A stretch of DNA of 64,000 bases from Peptococcaceae bacterium UBA5752 (GTDB lineage Bacteria; Bacillota; Dehalobacteriia; UBA4068), in the NCBI GenBank assembly GCA_002419055.1, contig DIFI01000020.1, positions 14,851 through 78,850 of the forward strand, written 5' to 3'. This document shows, one piece after another, positions 29,634-39,900 of this stretch. A program made the translations under genes and the position numbers. Within the stretch, counting starts at the first letter, position 1; the number at the start of each line of letters is the position of its first letter. The notes under the pieces are model-generated. The model had not been told where the DNA came from and did no database searches. It saw nothing but the letters and a program-made list of their open reading frames with translations.

Positions 29634-32264
29634 ATGGGTAAAAAGTTCGTGTATCTATTTAAAGAAGGAGACGCCAGCATGAAAAATCTGCTTGGCGGAA
29701 AGGGTGCCAATTTGGCAGAGATGACCAGATTAGGTATGCCTATCCCTCAAGGATTTACAGTTACTACTGAGGCTTGCACTGATTATTACGAAAAAGGCAA
29801 GCGCATTGATGATTCTATTGTGGCGGAAATCGAAGAGGCAATGCTGGAATTAGAGGCTATTTCCGGCAAAAAATTTGGTGATGTTGAGAATCCTTTCCTG
29901 GTATCGGTTCGTTCCGGCGCTCGTGCTTCTATGCCCGGAATGATGGACACCATTCTTAACCTTGGTCTTAATGATGCTACGGTTGAGGGTGTGGCCCGCC
30001 GTACCGGTAATCCCAAGTTTGCTTATGACTCTTATCGCCGCTTTATTCAGATGTTTTCTGACGTCGTTATGGATATACCCAAATCGCGTTTTGAAAGAGT
30101 CCTTGATAAAATCAAAGAAGCAAAAGGTTATCAACATGACTATCAGCTTACCCCGGAGGATCTTAAAGAAGTTATCGCCAGTTTTAAAGGTATTTACAAA
30201 GACACGATCGGCGAAGAATTTCCGTCTGATCCGCGCAAGCAATTGATGGAATCAGTTACCGCAGTTTTCCGTTCCTGGAATAATCCGCGCGCTATTGTTT
30301 ATCGTCGTATGAATGATATCCCCGGTGACTGGGGCACAGCAGTCAACGTGCAGATGATGGTATTCGGCAATATGGGCGAAACCTCAGGTACCGGTGTTGC
30401 TTTCACAAGAAATCCTGCAACCGGTGAGAAAAAGATCTTCGGTGAATATCTGATTAACGCACAGGGCGAAGACGTCGTTGCCGGTATTCGTACTCCTAAG
30501 CCGATTAGCGTTCTCGAACAAGATATGCCGGTAGTATATAAGCAGTTCATGGAAATTTCCACCAATTTGGAAAACCACTATCGCGACATGCAGGATATGG
30601 AATTTACCATTGAAGATGGTAAACTCTATTTCCTCCAAACCAGAAATGGTAAGAGAACAGCCGCAGCTGCTCTAAAAATTGCAGTTGATCTCGTTGACGA
30701 AGGTATGATAGATGAGAAAAAAGCAGTAATGATGGTTGATCCCAAGCAGTTGGACAACCTTCTGCATCCGATGTTTGATATCGCGGCCATGGCTAAAGCC
30801 AAATGCATTGGTCAAGGTTTAGCCGCCAGCCCCGGTTCTGCTGCCGGACGTCTCTATTTCACCGCTGAGGAAGCTAAAGTTGCCCATGCAGATAAAGGTG
30901 AGAGAGTTATCCTTGGTCGTTTGGAAACCTCGCCCGAAGATATCGAAGGTATGGTTGCTGCAGAAGGTATCATCACAGTTCGCGGCGGCATGACCTCTCA
31001 TGCGGCAGTTGTTGCCCGCGGTATGGGTACTTGCTGCGTTGCCGGTTGCGGCGAAGCGAAGATTGATGAAGCTACCAAAACTATGACCTTAAGCGGAATG
31101 ACATTCCATGAAGGCGACTACATTTCTTTGGACGGTTCCACCGGTAAGGTTTATGCCGGTGACCTTCCGACCGTTGATCCCAAAATTTCCGGTAACTTTG
31201 GCCGCTATATGAGTTGGGCCGATAAATACCGTACTCTAAAAGTTCGTACCAATGCAGATACTCCGGAAGATGCCGCTAACGCTGTCAACTTCGGGGCGGA
31301 GGGCATTGGCCTAACCCGTACCGAGCATATGTTCTTCAAAGAAGAGCGTATTCCGCGTATGCGTCAGATGATCCTTGCCGAGACAGAAGAAGAACGCAGA
31401 AAAGCGTTGTCCTTCTTACTGCCGATGCAAAGAGAGGACTTCATTGGTATCTACAAAGCGATGGGAGCCAGACCTGTTACCGTACGTTTACTGGATCCGC
31501 CGCTGCATGAATTCCTGCCGCATACCGATGAGGATATGCAAGCCTTAGCCAAAGAGTTGGGTATGGATTTTGGCAAAATCAAAGCACGTACCGCCGAACT
31601 GCATGAATTTAACCCGATGATGGGACATCGCGGCTGCCGTTTGGCAGTAACCTATCCGGAAATTGCCGAAATGCAGACACAGGCAATTATTGAAGCCGCT
31701 ATCTATATCAACAAAGAAGATAAGGTAAATATCGTACCGGAAATCATGATCCCGTTGGTAGGCGCCAGCAAAGAATTCAACTATGTTCGTGATATAGTTG
31801 TTGCAACTGCCGACAAGATCATTGCCGAAAACGGCGTAGAGATGAAGTATTTGGTTGGCACCATGATTGAGATCCCGCGTGCTTGTGTCGTTGCCGATGA
31901 AATCGCCAAGACAGCACAATTCTTCTCTTTCGGTACTAATGACCTGACCCAGATGACCTTTGGTTTCTCCCGTGACGACGCGGGCAACTTCCTTGATGAT
32001 TATTATAAGAAACAGATTTATGAAAGCGATCCATTTGCCCGCCTCGATGCAAGCGGCGTTGGCGAATTAGTCAAAATGGCCGTTAAGAAAGGCAAGAGCA
32101 CCCGTCCTGATATCAAGCTTGGTATTTGCGGCGAACACGGTGGCGATCCGGCTTCCGTCGAATTCTGCCACAATGCTGGCCTGCAGTATGTCAGCTGCTC
32201 ACCTTTCCGCGTACCGATCGCTCGTCTTGCAGCTGCACAAGCTGCGATCAAGGCTGAAAAATAA
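29634..32264 (+). CDS. ppdK: Pyruvate, phosphate dikinase
   Basis: MGKKFVYLFKEG...LLGGKGANLAEM, phospho-His motif GGMTSHAAVVARG and a PEP-utilising C-terminal domain. SD AAGGAGG. Confidence 0.97.
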   Translation: MGKKFVYLFKEGDASMKNLLGGKGANLAEMTRLGMPIPQGFTVTTEACTDYYEKGKRIDDSIVAEIEEAMLELEAISGKKFGDVENPFLVSVRSGARASMPGMMDTILNLGLNDATVEGVARRTGNPKFAYDSYRRFIQMFSDVVMDIPKSRFERVLDKIKEAKGYQHDYQLTPEDLKEVIASFKGIYKDTIGEEFPSDPRKQLMESVTAVFRSWNNPRAIVYRRMNDIPGDWGTAVNVQMMVFGNMGETSGTGVAFTRNPATGEKKIFGEYLINAQGEDVVAGIRTPKPISVLEQDMPVVYKQFMEISTNLENHYRDMQDMEFTIEDGKLYFLQTRNGKRTAAAALKIAVDLVDEGMIDEKKAVMMVDPKQLDNLLHPMFDIAAMAKAKCIGQGLAASPGSAAGRLYFTAEEAKVAHADKGERVILGRLETSPEDIEGMVAAEGIITVRGGMTSHAAVVARGMGTCCVAGCGEAKIDEATKTMTLSGMTFHEGDYISLDGSTGKVYAGDLPTVDPKISGNFGRYMSWADKYRTLKVRTNADTPEDAANAVNFGAEGIGLTRTEHMFFKEERIPRMRQMILAETEEERRKALSFLLPMQREDFIGIYKAMGARPVTVRLLDPPLHEFLPHTDEDMQALAKELGMDFGKIKARTAELHEFNPMMGHRGCRLAVTYPEIAEMQTQAIIEAAIYINKEDKVNIVPEIMIPLVGASKEFNYVRDIVVATADKIIAENGVEMKYLVGTMIEIPRACVVADEIAKTAQFFSFGTNDLTQMTFGFSRDDAGNFLDDYYKKQIYESDPFARLDASGVGELVKMAVKKGKSTRPDIKLGICGEHGGDPASVEFCHNAGLQYVSCSPFRVPIARLAAAQAAIKAEK

Positions 32265-32278
32265 TTATTGTTTATTTA

Positions 32279-32317
32279 AAAAGGCAGGACGCAAAAATGT
32301 GTCCTGCCTTTTATTTT
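32279..32317 (+). terminator. Rho-independent terminator after ppdK
   Basis: ggcaggac / gtcctgcc stem with a 10-nt loop, followed by ttttatttt. Confidence 0.8.
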
Positions 32318-32485
32318 GAAGTTGAATGTGATTTTTTATTTATGATATAATAGCAACACAGACACTGGTGACTGAGCGTCTATTTTATAGCTGTGCTTTT
32401 TCCATGAGGGAAAAGCACAGCAATACCCGCGTCAGCGGATATGATATAATAACTAATAATTATCTTAAGCATAGGAGTGATATTG

Positions 32486-33172
32486 ATGAAGTTAAGTTTT
32501 GAAGGACATTCCTGTTTTCAATTGGAGAATGCGCAGTGCGTCAAAATTTTAATTGATCCTTTTATTACCGACAATCCCCTTTGCAGCAAGTCCTGGAAGG
32601 ACTTTGATCCCGACATAATTCTTATCACTCACGGTCATATGGACCATATGGAAGATGCGCTGGTTATTGCCCGTAACAGCAATGCGACAATTGTCAGCAT
32701 TTCCGATCTTATTTATTCGCTTGATTGTGCCGGTATAAAAACCGAAGGCATCAACATGGGCGGTACCGTTGTTATTAAATCTGTTTCTGTTACCATGGTA
32801 CAGGCATGGCATGGCAGTACAACTTTCAGTAAAGGTGGAGTATATGGTGGTTTAGCCTGCGGGTATATTATTCGTACTGATGGTTTATGTATTTATCATG
32901 CCGGCGATACGGCGCTGTTTGGCGATATGGGCAATGTGATTTCTCGATATAATATTGATTATGCTCTGCTGCCGATCGGCGATTACTTTACTATGGGGCC
33001 GCAAGATGCTGTGCTGGCTGCGCAGTGGCTGAAAGCGAAGACGGTAATTCCTATGCATTACAATACTTTTCCGGTTATTAAACAAGATGTCAATCAATTT
33101 AAACAAGAATTGGAAAGCAAGACCCAAAGCCGTTGTTTGATAATTGCTCCACAAAATACTATAGAAATATAA
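32486..33172 (+). CDS. UPF0173 metal-dependent hydrolase (YtkL-like, metallo-beta-lactamase fold)
   Basis: MKLSFEGHSCFQLE...ILIDPF...ILITHGHMDHMEDA...MHYNTFP. Start taken as ATG 32486. Confidence 0.8.
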   Translation: MKLSFEGHSCFQLENAQCVKILIDPFITDNPLCSKSWKDFDPDIILITHGHMDHMEDALVIARNSNATIVSISDLIYSLDCAGIKTEGINMGGTVVIKSVSVTMVQAWHGSTTFSKGGVYGGLACGYIIRTDGLCIYHAGDTALFGDMGNVISRYNIDYALLPIGDYFTMGPQDAVLAAQWLKAKTVIPMHYNTFPVIKQDVNQFKQELESKTQSRCLIIAPQNTIEI

Positions 33173-33259
33173 AAAAATATCTTTAATATGCAAATTTCAT
33201 CCTCTTTTTGGACATGATATTAGTTGGTATAACCGATCCGGACAAAAGGAGGTGAAAAC

Positions 33260-33427
33260 ATGACTGATATTAAATGTATGGTAGAAGAATGCAAGTTTAA
33301 TAAATCCAACAATTGCAATGCTGATGAAATTGAGGTGCGTTCCTCTAATACTTTGCAGCCTTCTTCCGCCGATGAGACTGCTTGCGAAACCTTTGATATG
33401 GATGACTCTTCTTCAAGTTCTAAGTGA
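33260..33427 (+). CDS. Small Cys-containing protein, DUF1540-like (55 aa); not in the supplied ORF track
   Basis: SD AAAGGAGGTG lies 6 nt before ATG 33260. Translation: MTDIKCMVEECKFNKSNNCNADEIEVRSSNTLQPSSADETACETFDMDDSSSSSK. The pattern C-x4-C-x7-C...ETxCxTF matches my recollection of DUF1540. A terminator hairpin follows. Confidence 0.6.
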   Translation: MTDIKCMVEECKFNKSNNCNADEIEVRSSNTLQPSSADETACETFDMDDSSSSSK

Positions 33428-33462
33428 ACAGAAAATGATAGCTTATAAAAGTTAATAGAAGT

Positions 33463-33490
33463 AAAAGCGTCATCTTGAGATGGCGCTTTT
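33463..33490 (+). terminator. Rho-independent terminator after the DUF1540-like ORF
   Basis: aaaagcgtcatc / gatggcgctttt stem (one G-U pair) with a 4-nt loop and a T-run. Confidence 0.65.
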
Positions 33491-33576
33491 GTCATGCAAA
33501 AGGGAAATATCTAATTAAAACGAATATATATTAAACGCTTATTTCTACAAAAAGACATTTATTATGATAAAGTCTG

Positions 33577-36500
33577 GTGAAAAAATTGACTTGTCGAGTC
33601 ATCTTAGGCCGTGCCGGTTCTGGCAAAACATATCTTTGCCTTGATGAGATCAGCCGCCTTGCCGCGGAGTCGCCGCAAGGCCCACCGATCATTTTTATCG
33701 TACCGGAGCAGGCAACATTTATCCATGAAAAAATGCTGGCGACTAATCATGGCTTAAAAGGCTATAGCCGTGTCCAGGTGATTGGCTTTCGGCGTTTGAT
33801 CAGAAATGCTCATTCAGCGCTGAACAAACCGTTATTGCCGCCGTTATCTGAGGCCGGCAAACGGCTGTTAATGAGTAAGCTGCTGACCGAAAATCGCGAA
33901 CAGTTACAGGTATTTACTTCTGCTCAATTGCAAAGCGGTTTTGCCGAGTTGCTGGTAGCGACGGCAGATGAGATTGCTGTCTGGGGCATTGATCAACAGC
34001 AGTTGCAGTATGCTGCCACACAAATAGCCGTAGATCATTGCCAATCACATTTAGGCAAAAAGCTTACCGATATATCATTATTAACCGGTTTATATAATCA
34101 ATTTATTGCCGATCGTTACGAAAATTTCCCCGACGGTATGGATTTTTTAGTTACAGCCATCCGCGAACATGGATATCTTTCCGATGCAATTATTTACATC
34201 GATGGTTATAGTGAATTCACTCCCAAAGAGCTGGCGGTAATTAGCGCCTTGTTTGTTAATGCTGCTGCCGTCAATATTGCGTTGCCGCTTGACCCCCGGC
34301 TTAAAGATAGTACAATCGGCGAAACCGATCCCTTTTATTCGGCCTGGCGTTGTTACCGGCTTTTGCTGGCAATTATCCGTAGTGAAAAACTGTCTATAAT
34401 TGAAACGCTGCTTGCAGATAGCAATTATCGCTTTGCCGTTACCCGTGAACTGGGATTTTTGGAACAGCATCTTTTCCCTTTCAATGATACTGCCGAATTT
34501 AACGGCGATTGTCAACATATCTATATTAACTGTGCGGTGAATCCTCGCCTGGAGTTGCACAGCGTTGCCCGCCACATCCGCCGCTTGGTACGAGACAAAA
34601 GTTTGCGATATCGCGAGATTGGCATTGTCAGCCGTGACATTACTCCTTATGCGCAATTGCTCAGGACAGTCTTTGATGAATATCAGATCCCATTTTTCGT
34701 CGACAGCAAAAAAACAGTATTTACTCATCCGCTGATCGAGATGATTCGTGCTGCCTTAGAGTGCTGGGTTTACAGGCCGCGTCATGCGACGATTTTCCGC
34801 TATCTCAAGACCGGACTGACACCGCTTTCAATTCAAGAACTCGATCAGTTGGAAAACTATTGTTTGGCCAACGGTATTAATCATTGGGACTGGTTTGATG
34901 ACAAGAATTGGACAAAATGGCGCAGTAATGGCAGAGATAAAAATTACTTTGACTCCCAGCTTGAGCAAATTAACGGATGGCGCCGCAGAGGCAGTGCGGC
35001 CTTACTGCAATTCATTACCGCGTTGTCAGATAACGCTGCCGTAGCTGATGTTTGCAGCGCCTTGAAACAGCTAATGACGCAGCTTAATGTCGAACAAACG
35101 TTGGATCAGTGGCAGCGGCAGGAGCAGGTTAAAAGCCAAGGGTTTGATGCAGCTATAGATCGTCAGATTTATCAACTGGTGGTTTCGTTTCTCAACGAAG
35201 CGCAGCTGTTATTGGCGGATACGATACTGCTGCCGGAGCATCTGTTGAATACCTTTGACAACGGCATCAGCGGTTTAACATTGTCGCTGACACCGCCCGG
35301 ACTTGACGAAGTATTTATCTCCTCTTTAGAGCGTAGCCGCAATCCGGCATTAAAAGTTGCGTTTGTGATTGGCGTCAATGAAGGAGCGCTGCCGCGTAAA
35401 ATCACAGACAACGCTATTTTCAGCGACCGCGAACGCCGACAATTGCTCGCATGCGGCATCGAACTTGCTGCCGGTTCCACCTCGCGACAGTTAGCAGAGA
35501 ATTATCTTGTCTATGTGGCGCTAACCCGTGCCTCCCAAGAACTTTATCTAAGCTATCCGCTGGCTGATGAACAGGGTGGAGTATTGTTGCCTTCACCGGT
35601 GATCCGCCGTTTGAAAACTATCTTTCCCGCTTTAAATATACAAGCATCGGAAACGGAGAGCATTTGGGAACTTGGCAATAGCCAACATGCATTGTCCTCG
35701 TTGGCATTTCAACTGCGGAAAGCCGAGGCAGGAAATCCCATAGACAATTATTGGTGGGATGTTTATAATTGGTATTTACATAACGAGCAAACGAAGCCGC
35801 TGCTGAAACAGATGCTGCAAGGGCTATTCTATCGCCGTGACCAACAGCGGCTCTCAACGGAAAATATAGTCCGACTTTATGGCCATACACTGAGGAGCAG
35901 CGTTTCTCGCATAGAAAAATTTCGCGCTTGTCCTTTTTCCTATTTCGCCGGTTATGGCTTAAAGCTCAAACCGCGTCCTGTGTATCAGATCACCGCTCTT
36001 GACAGGGGCTCACTTTTCCATGAGGTGCTGGCGCAAATCGGCAGAACTATCAATCAGCGGCAGCTTGCTTGGGAGAACATTGATGATGCAGCCGCAACTC
36101 AATTAATAGAGGAAAGCATGACCATGCTGCTGCCGCGTTTTTTAGGCAATATACTTTGTTCCAGCGCCCGCTATCAATATTTGACTTCTCGGATTAAAAG
36201 CACCTTGAAGGCCGCAGTCTTGATGATGGCTGAACATATGCGGCGCGGTTATTTTGTGCCGGTTGCTTGGGAACTGCCCTTCGGTCAAAACAGCCCCGAT
36301 TCATTACCTGCATTGACGATAGAGCTGGAAAACGGTAACAAACTGGAGATCAACGGTGTTATCGACCGCATTGATATGGCTAAAGATGACAAAGGACACA
36401 GCTGGTTTCGGATAATCGATTATAAAACAGGCCAAGTTTCTCTCAGCATCAATGAAATCATAGAGGGATTGCGGTTGCAGCTGATAGTCTATCTGCAGGT

Positions 36501-36969
36501 TGTGTTGACAAATAGCATTTACTTTGAAGACGCAGGCGAAAACGCACATGCCGCCGGTATTTACTATACGCCGGTGCGTGATACTTTTATCGAATATACG
36601 CCCGGAGACGATGAAGATCAGCCAATTATCGGTAATATCCGCCTCAATGGTATCAGCGTACTTGATGAAACTGCGGTTCATCTGGCTGATCCGGCGATTA
36701 GCGGACATTCCCGGCTGATTCCCGCTGCCTATGGCAAAAAAGGGTTTTGGGACAGTTCGCCCGGTATCAGTGAGCAGCAAATGGACGAATTAAGACAACA
36801 ATTACTTATAATGCTTAAATCTTCTGCCGCCGAAATGATCTCTGGTCTGATAGAGGCCTCTCCGGTAAAAAGACGCAATTTTGACGCTTGTAGTTATTGT
36901 GATTTCAAAACCATCTGCGGTTTTGAACGCGAGTTTGCTGTCTGCAAAGGAGAGCCTTACGATGGCTAA
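33577..36969 (+). CDS. addB: ATP-dependent helicase/nuclease subunit B (AddB)
   Basis: GTG start. Walker A GRAGSGKT. RecB-like nuclease domain (IIDYKTG) and an Fe-S Cys motif near the C-terminus (CSYCDFKTIC). 1130 aa. Followed by addA. Confidence 0.9.
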   Translation: MKKLTCRVILGRAGSGKTYLCLDEISRLAAESPQGPPIIFIVPEQATFIHEKMLATNHGLKGYSRVQVIGFRRLIRNAHSALNKPLLPPLSEAGKRLLMSKLLTENREQLQVFTSAQLQSGFAELLVATADEIAVWGIDQQQLQYAATQIAVDHCQSHLGKKLTDISLLTGLYNQFIADRYENFPDGMDFLVTAIREHGYLSDAIIYIDGYSEFTPKELAVISALFVNAAAVNIALPLDPRLKDSTIGETDPFYSAWRCYRLLLAIIRSEKLSIIETLLADSNYRFAVTRELGFLEQHLFPFNDTAEFNGDCQHIYINCAVNPRLELHSVARHIRRLVRDKSLRYREIGIVSRDITPYAQLLRTVFDEYQIPFFVDSKKTVFTHPLIEMIRAALECWVYRPRHATIFRYLKTGLTPLSIQELDQLENYCLANGINHWDWFDDKNWTKWRSNGRDKNYFDSQLEQINGWRRRGSAALLQFITALSDNAAVADVCSALKQLMTQLNVEQTLDQWQRQEQVKSQGFDAAIDRQIYQLVVSFLNEAQLLLADTILLPEHLLNTFDNGISGLTLSLTPPGLDEVFISSLERSRNPALKVAFVIGVNEGALPRKITDNAIFSDRERRQLLACGIELAAGSTSRQLAENYLVYVALTRASQELYLSYPLADEQGGVLLPSPVIRRLKTIFPALNIQASETESIWELGNSQHALSSLAFQLRKAEAGNPIDNYWWDVYNWYLHNEQTKPLLKQMLQGLFYRRDQQRLSTENIVRLYGHTLRSSVSRIEKFRACPFSYFAGYGLKLKPRPVYQITALDRGSLFHEVLAQIGRTINQRQLAWENIDDAAATQLIEESMTMLLPRFLGNILCSSARYQYLTSRIKSTLKAAVLMMAEHMRRGYFVPVAWELPFGQNSPDSLPALTIELENGNKLEINGVIDRIDMAKDDKGHSWFRIIDYKTGQVSLSINEIIEGLRLQLIVYLQVVLTNSIYFEDAGENAHAAGIYYTPVRDTFIEYTPGDDEDQPIIGNIRLNGISVLDETAVHLADPAISGHSRLIPAAYGKKGFWDSSPGISEQQMDELRQQLLIMLKSSAAEMISGLIEASPVKRRNFDACSYCDFKTICGFEREFAVCKGEPYDG

Positions 36970-39900
36970 GATAACGTTTAATCAACAGCAAATGGCCGCA
37001 ATAGAAACCAGCGGCAACAATATTTTGGTAGCTGCCGGTGCCGGCAGTGGTAAGACAGCAGCGTTGGTTGAGCGGATTATCAGGCAGATCAGCCGCAATG
37101 ACGATCCAGTTGACATTGATTGTTTGCTGTCGTTGACCTTTACCAATGCCGCTGCCAGCGAAATGCGTCAGCGAATAGATGAGGCGCTGACGGCGCTGCT
37201 CAAGAAAAGAGGCGGTGAAGACCAATGGCTGTTGCGTCAATTGGCATTGTTACCGCAAGCCCATATATCAACTATTCATTCTTTTTGTCTTGATGTCGTC
37301 CGCCATAACTTTTACCGGCTCGGCCTTGATAACGGTTTCCGCATTCCGTCGGAAACGGAAGGTTTGCTGCTGCGTGATGAAGCGATAGACAATTTTTTTG
37401 AAGCGGAGTTTGCCCACGAGGAAAGTTGCCTGCCTTTGATTTCCGACACATACGGCTGCGGCAATGATCAAAAGAAGCTGGCGAGGCTGTTGACGGATCT
37501 ACATTCGTTCAGCAGCAGCCAGCCGCATCCCCGCCAATGGTTAAAAGATGCGGCAGCTGTTTTTGCCTGCCCGCAAACAATTGATGATTTACCGTTTGCC
37601 GATTTTGTCTTTATGCAGTTAAAGCGAAGTATTCAGCAGTCGCGTAACTATTTTGGGCTGGCTCTTACTACACGCGATATTGCCGACAAATGTCAGCAGC
37701 AACTTATGCGCGAAGATGAAATGCTTGGCTCTTTACTGCAAATTAGCAGTATGCCGCAATTGATCAAGTCACTTGCGGGCTGCAAGTTTGACAGGTGGCT
37801 GCCGATAGATAAAAATACTCCTTTAAAAGATAAAGAACGATTTGCTTTCTTGCGTAATGCCGGCAGAGATGTCATTAAAGAACTCCAGAAAAAGTATTGT
37901 CGTCGTTCGCTCCAGATGCAATTGGCTGATTTGCGTCAAGCCGCCCCGCTGCTTTCGGGCCTCTGCGAACTGACCATAGCTTATGACGAAGCGATAACTC
38001 AAGAAAAACGGCGGCGCAACCTTGTTGATTTCAGTGACATGGAGCATTTCTGTCTACAAATATTAGAGGATGAGGAAAGCGGCGTTGCGGATGGTCTGCG
38101 CAGCCAATTTGTGGAAATATTGGTAGACGAATATCAGGATATTAATCCGGTGCAGGAACGCATATTGCAGCTGCTGCAAAATGGCAGCAATTGCTTTGCT
38201 GTCGGGGATGTCAAGCAGAGCATCTACCGCTTTCGTATGGCAGAACCGGGCTTATTTTTAAGCAAATATCAGCAGTATGCTTTAGATCAAGGCGGTATCC
38301 GTATCGATTTGAACCTTAATTATCGCAGCAGCTGTAATATAATCAACTGCATTAATTATATTTTTTGCCGTCTGATGTCCGAAGAAACTGCTGAAATCGC
38401 CTATGATCAGGATGCGGCGCTGCATGCCGGTAGTAATATCAAAGGAGATCCCTGCGAATTATGGCTGCTAAACCGCCCCGAGGCCGATCAGAATGTAGAT
38501 AGCGAAGGCGGCATACCGGAGCTGAGTGAAAATGGCGATCAATCTGACAGCGCCGGTATCAAGGACGCGCGCAGTGAGGCACAATTGATCGGTAAACGCA
38601 TCCGTCAATTATGTAATCAGCAGCATTATAATTACCGTGATATTGCTATACTGCTGCGTTCACCCCGCAATACCGATCAGGAAATAGTCAAGCAGCTATT
38701 AGCGATGGGTATACCGGCGGTAGCCGATAAATCTCCTTCATATCTTGACCAGCCGGAAGTTGCGCTGATCATTTCTTGCCTCAAAATAATCGATAACCCG
38801 CTTCAAGATATTCCTTTTACTGCTGCGCTTCGTTCGCCTTTAGCCGGTTTTACCAGTGAAGAATTGGTGCAGATTCGCTTTATTGACAAACAGCAGAGCT
38901 TTTATGGCTGCCTGCAGCAGATTGTCGCAGGTGAAGATGTCTTAGCGGTTAAGGCGGCTGCTTTTCTTGAGCAGCTTGCAGCTTGGCGCAAACAGGCCGG
39001 TAAAGGTCACTTGGCAGATTTAATCTGGCAGCTGTGCCAGACCCGCGGTTTCTATCAATTAAGCGGCGCCCTACCGGGTGGGCGTAGCCGTCAGGCAAAC
39101 TTACGAGCGCTGCATCAACAGGCTTGCGAATACGAACGAAGCAGCTTCAGCGGTTTATCCCGTTTTATCAACCTGCTCGATGATGCTTTAGAGAAAAATT
39201 CGACCAACGAGAGCGAAAGGCTGCTCAGCGAAAGCGCCGACGTGGTCAGGGTGATGAGCATTCATAAAAGCAAGGGCCTGCAATTTTCTGTTGTGTTTGT
39301 AGCATCACTTGGTCGTAGGTTGCAATTTCCTCAAGCAAAAGAAGATGTAGTCTGGCATAAAGATTTTGGTATCGGCGCCAAGATTATTGATATTGACCGG
39401 AGAATCAAATTTAATTCGTTTGCCCGTGCTGCTATAGTTGATAAATTACATCAGGAAGCTATCGCTGAAGATTTGCGTACCTTATATGTGGCTTTAACCC
39501 GCGCCGCCTCTCAATTGATATTAGTTGGCACTATCAGCAAAACGCCCAACAAAATCGAAGAATACTTTAACAGTTTGGCGGTGTCTGCAGATGAGCAAAT
39601 TTTCAGCGGTTCTGTTATGCAAAGTAAAGGCAGCTTCTTAGAGTGGTTGCTGATGGTGCTGTTGCATCACCCGGACGCGGCGGAGCTCAGGGAGCGTTAT
39701 GACTGTGATTGTCAGCCTATATCCGATGATCAAAGCCGGTGGCGGATCTATTTTGATCAACAATCATCTATCGAACAGCAAAGCGACGCTGCTGTTACTG
39801 TTGATGCACATCTGCAAGCCATAGCGGAACAAAAAGAATTACCGCCTACACCGCAGGCGGAAATGATTAACCAAATTATGAGTTACCGCTATCCTTTTGC

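Noticed and set aside
33220-33495. Listed 91-aa minus-strand ORF
   Set aside because: It has no SD and spans a plus-strand terminator. The plus strand carries a much better supported small CDS (33260..33427) with a strong SD and a recognisable Cys motif.
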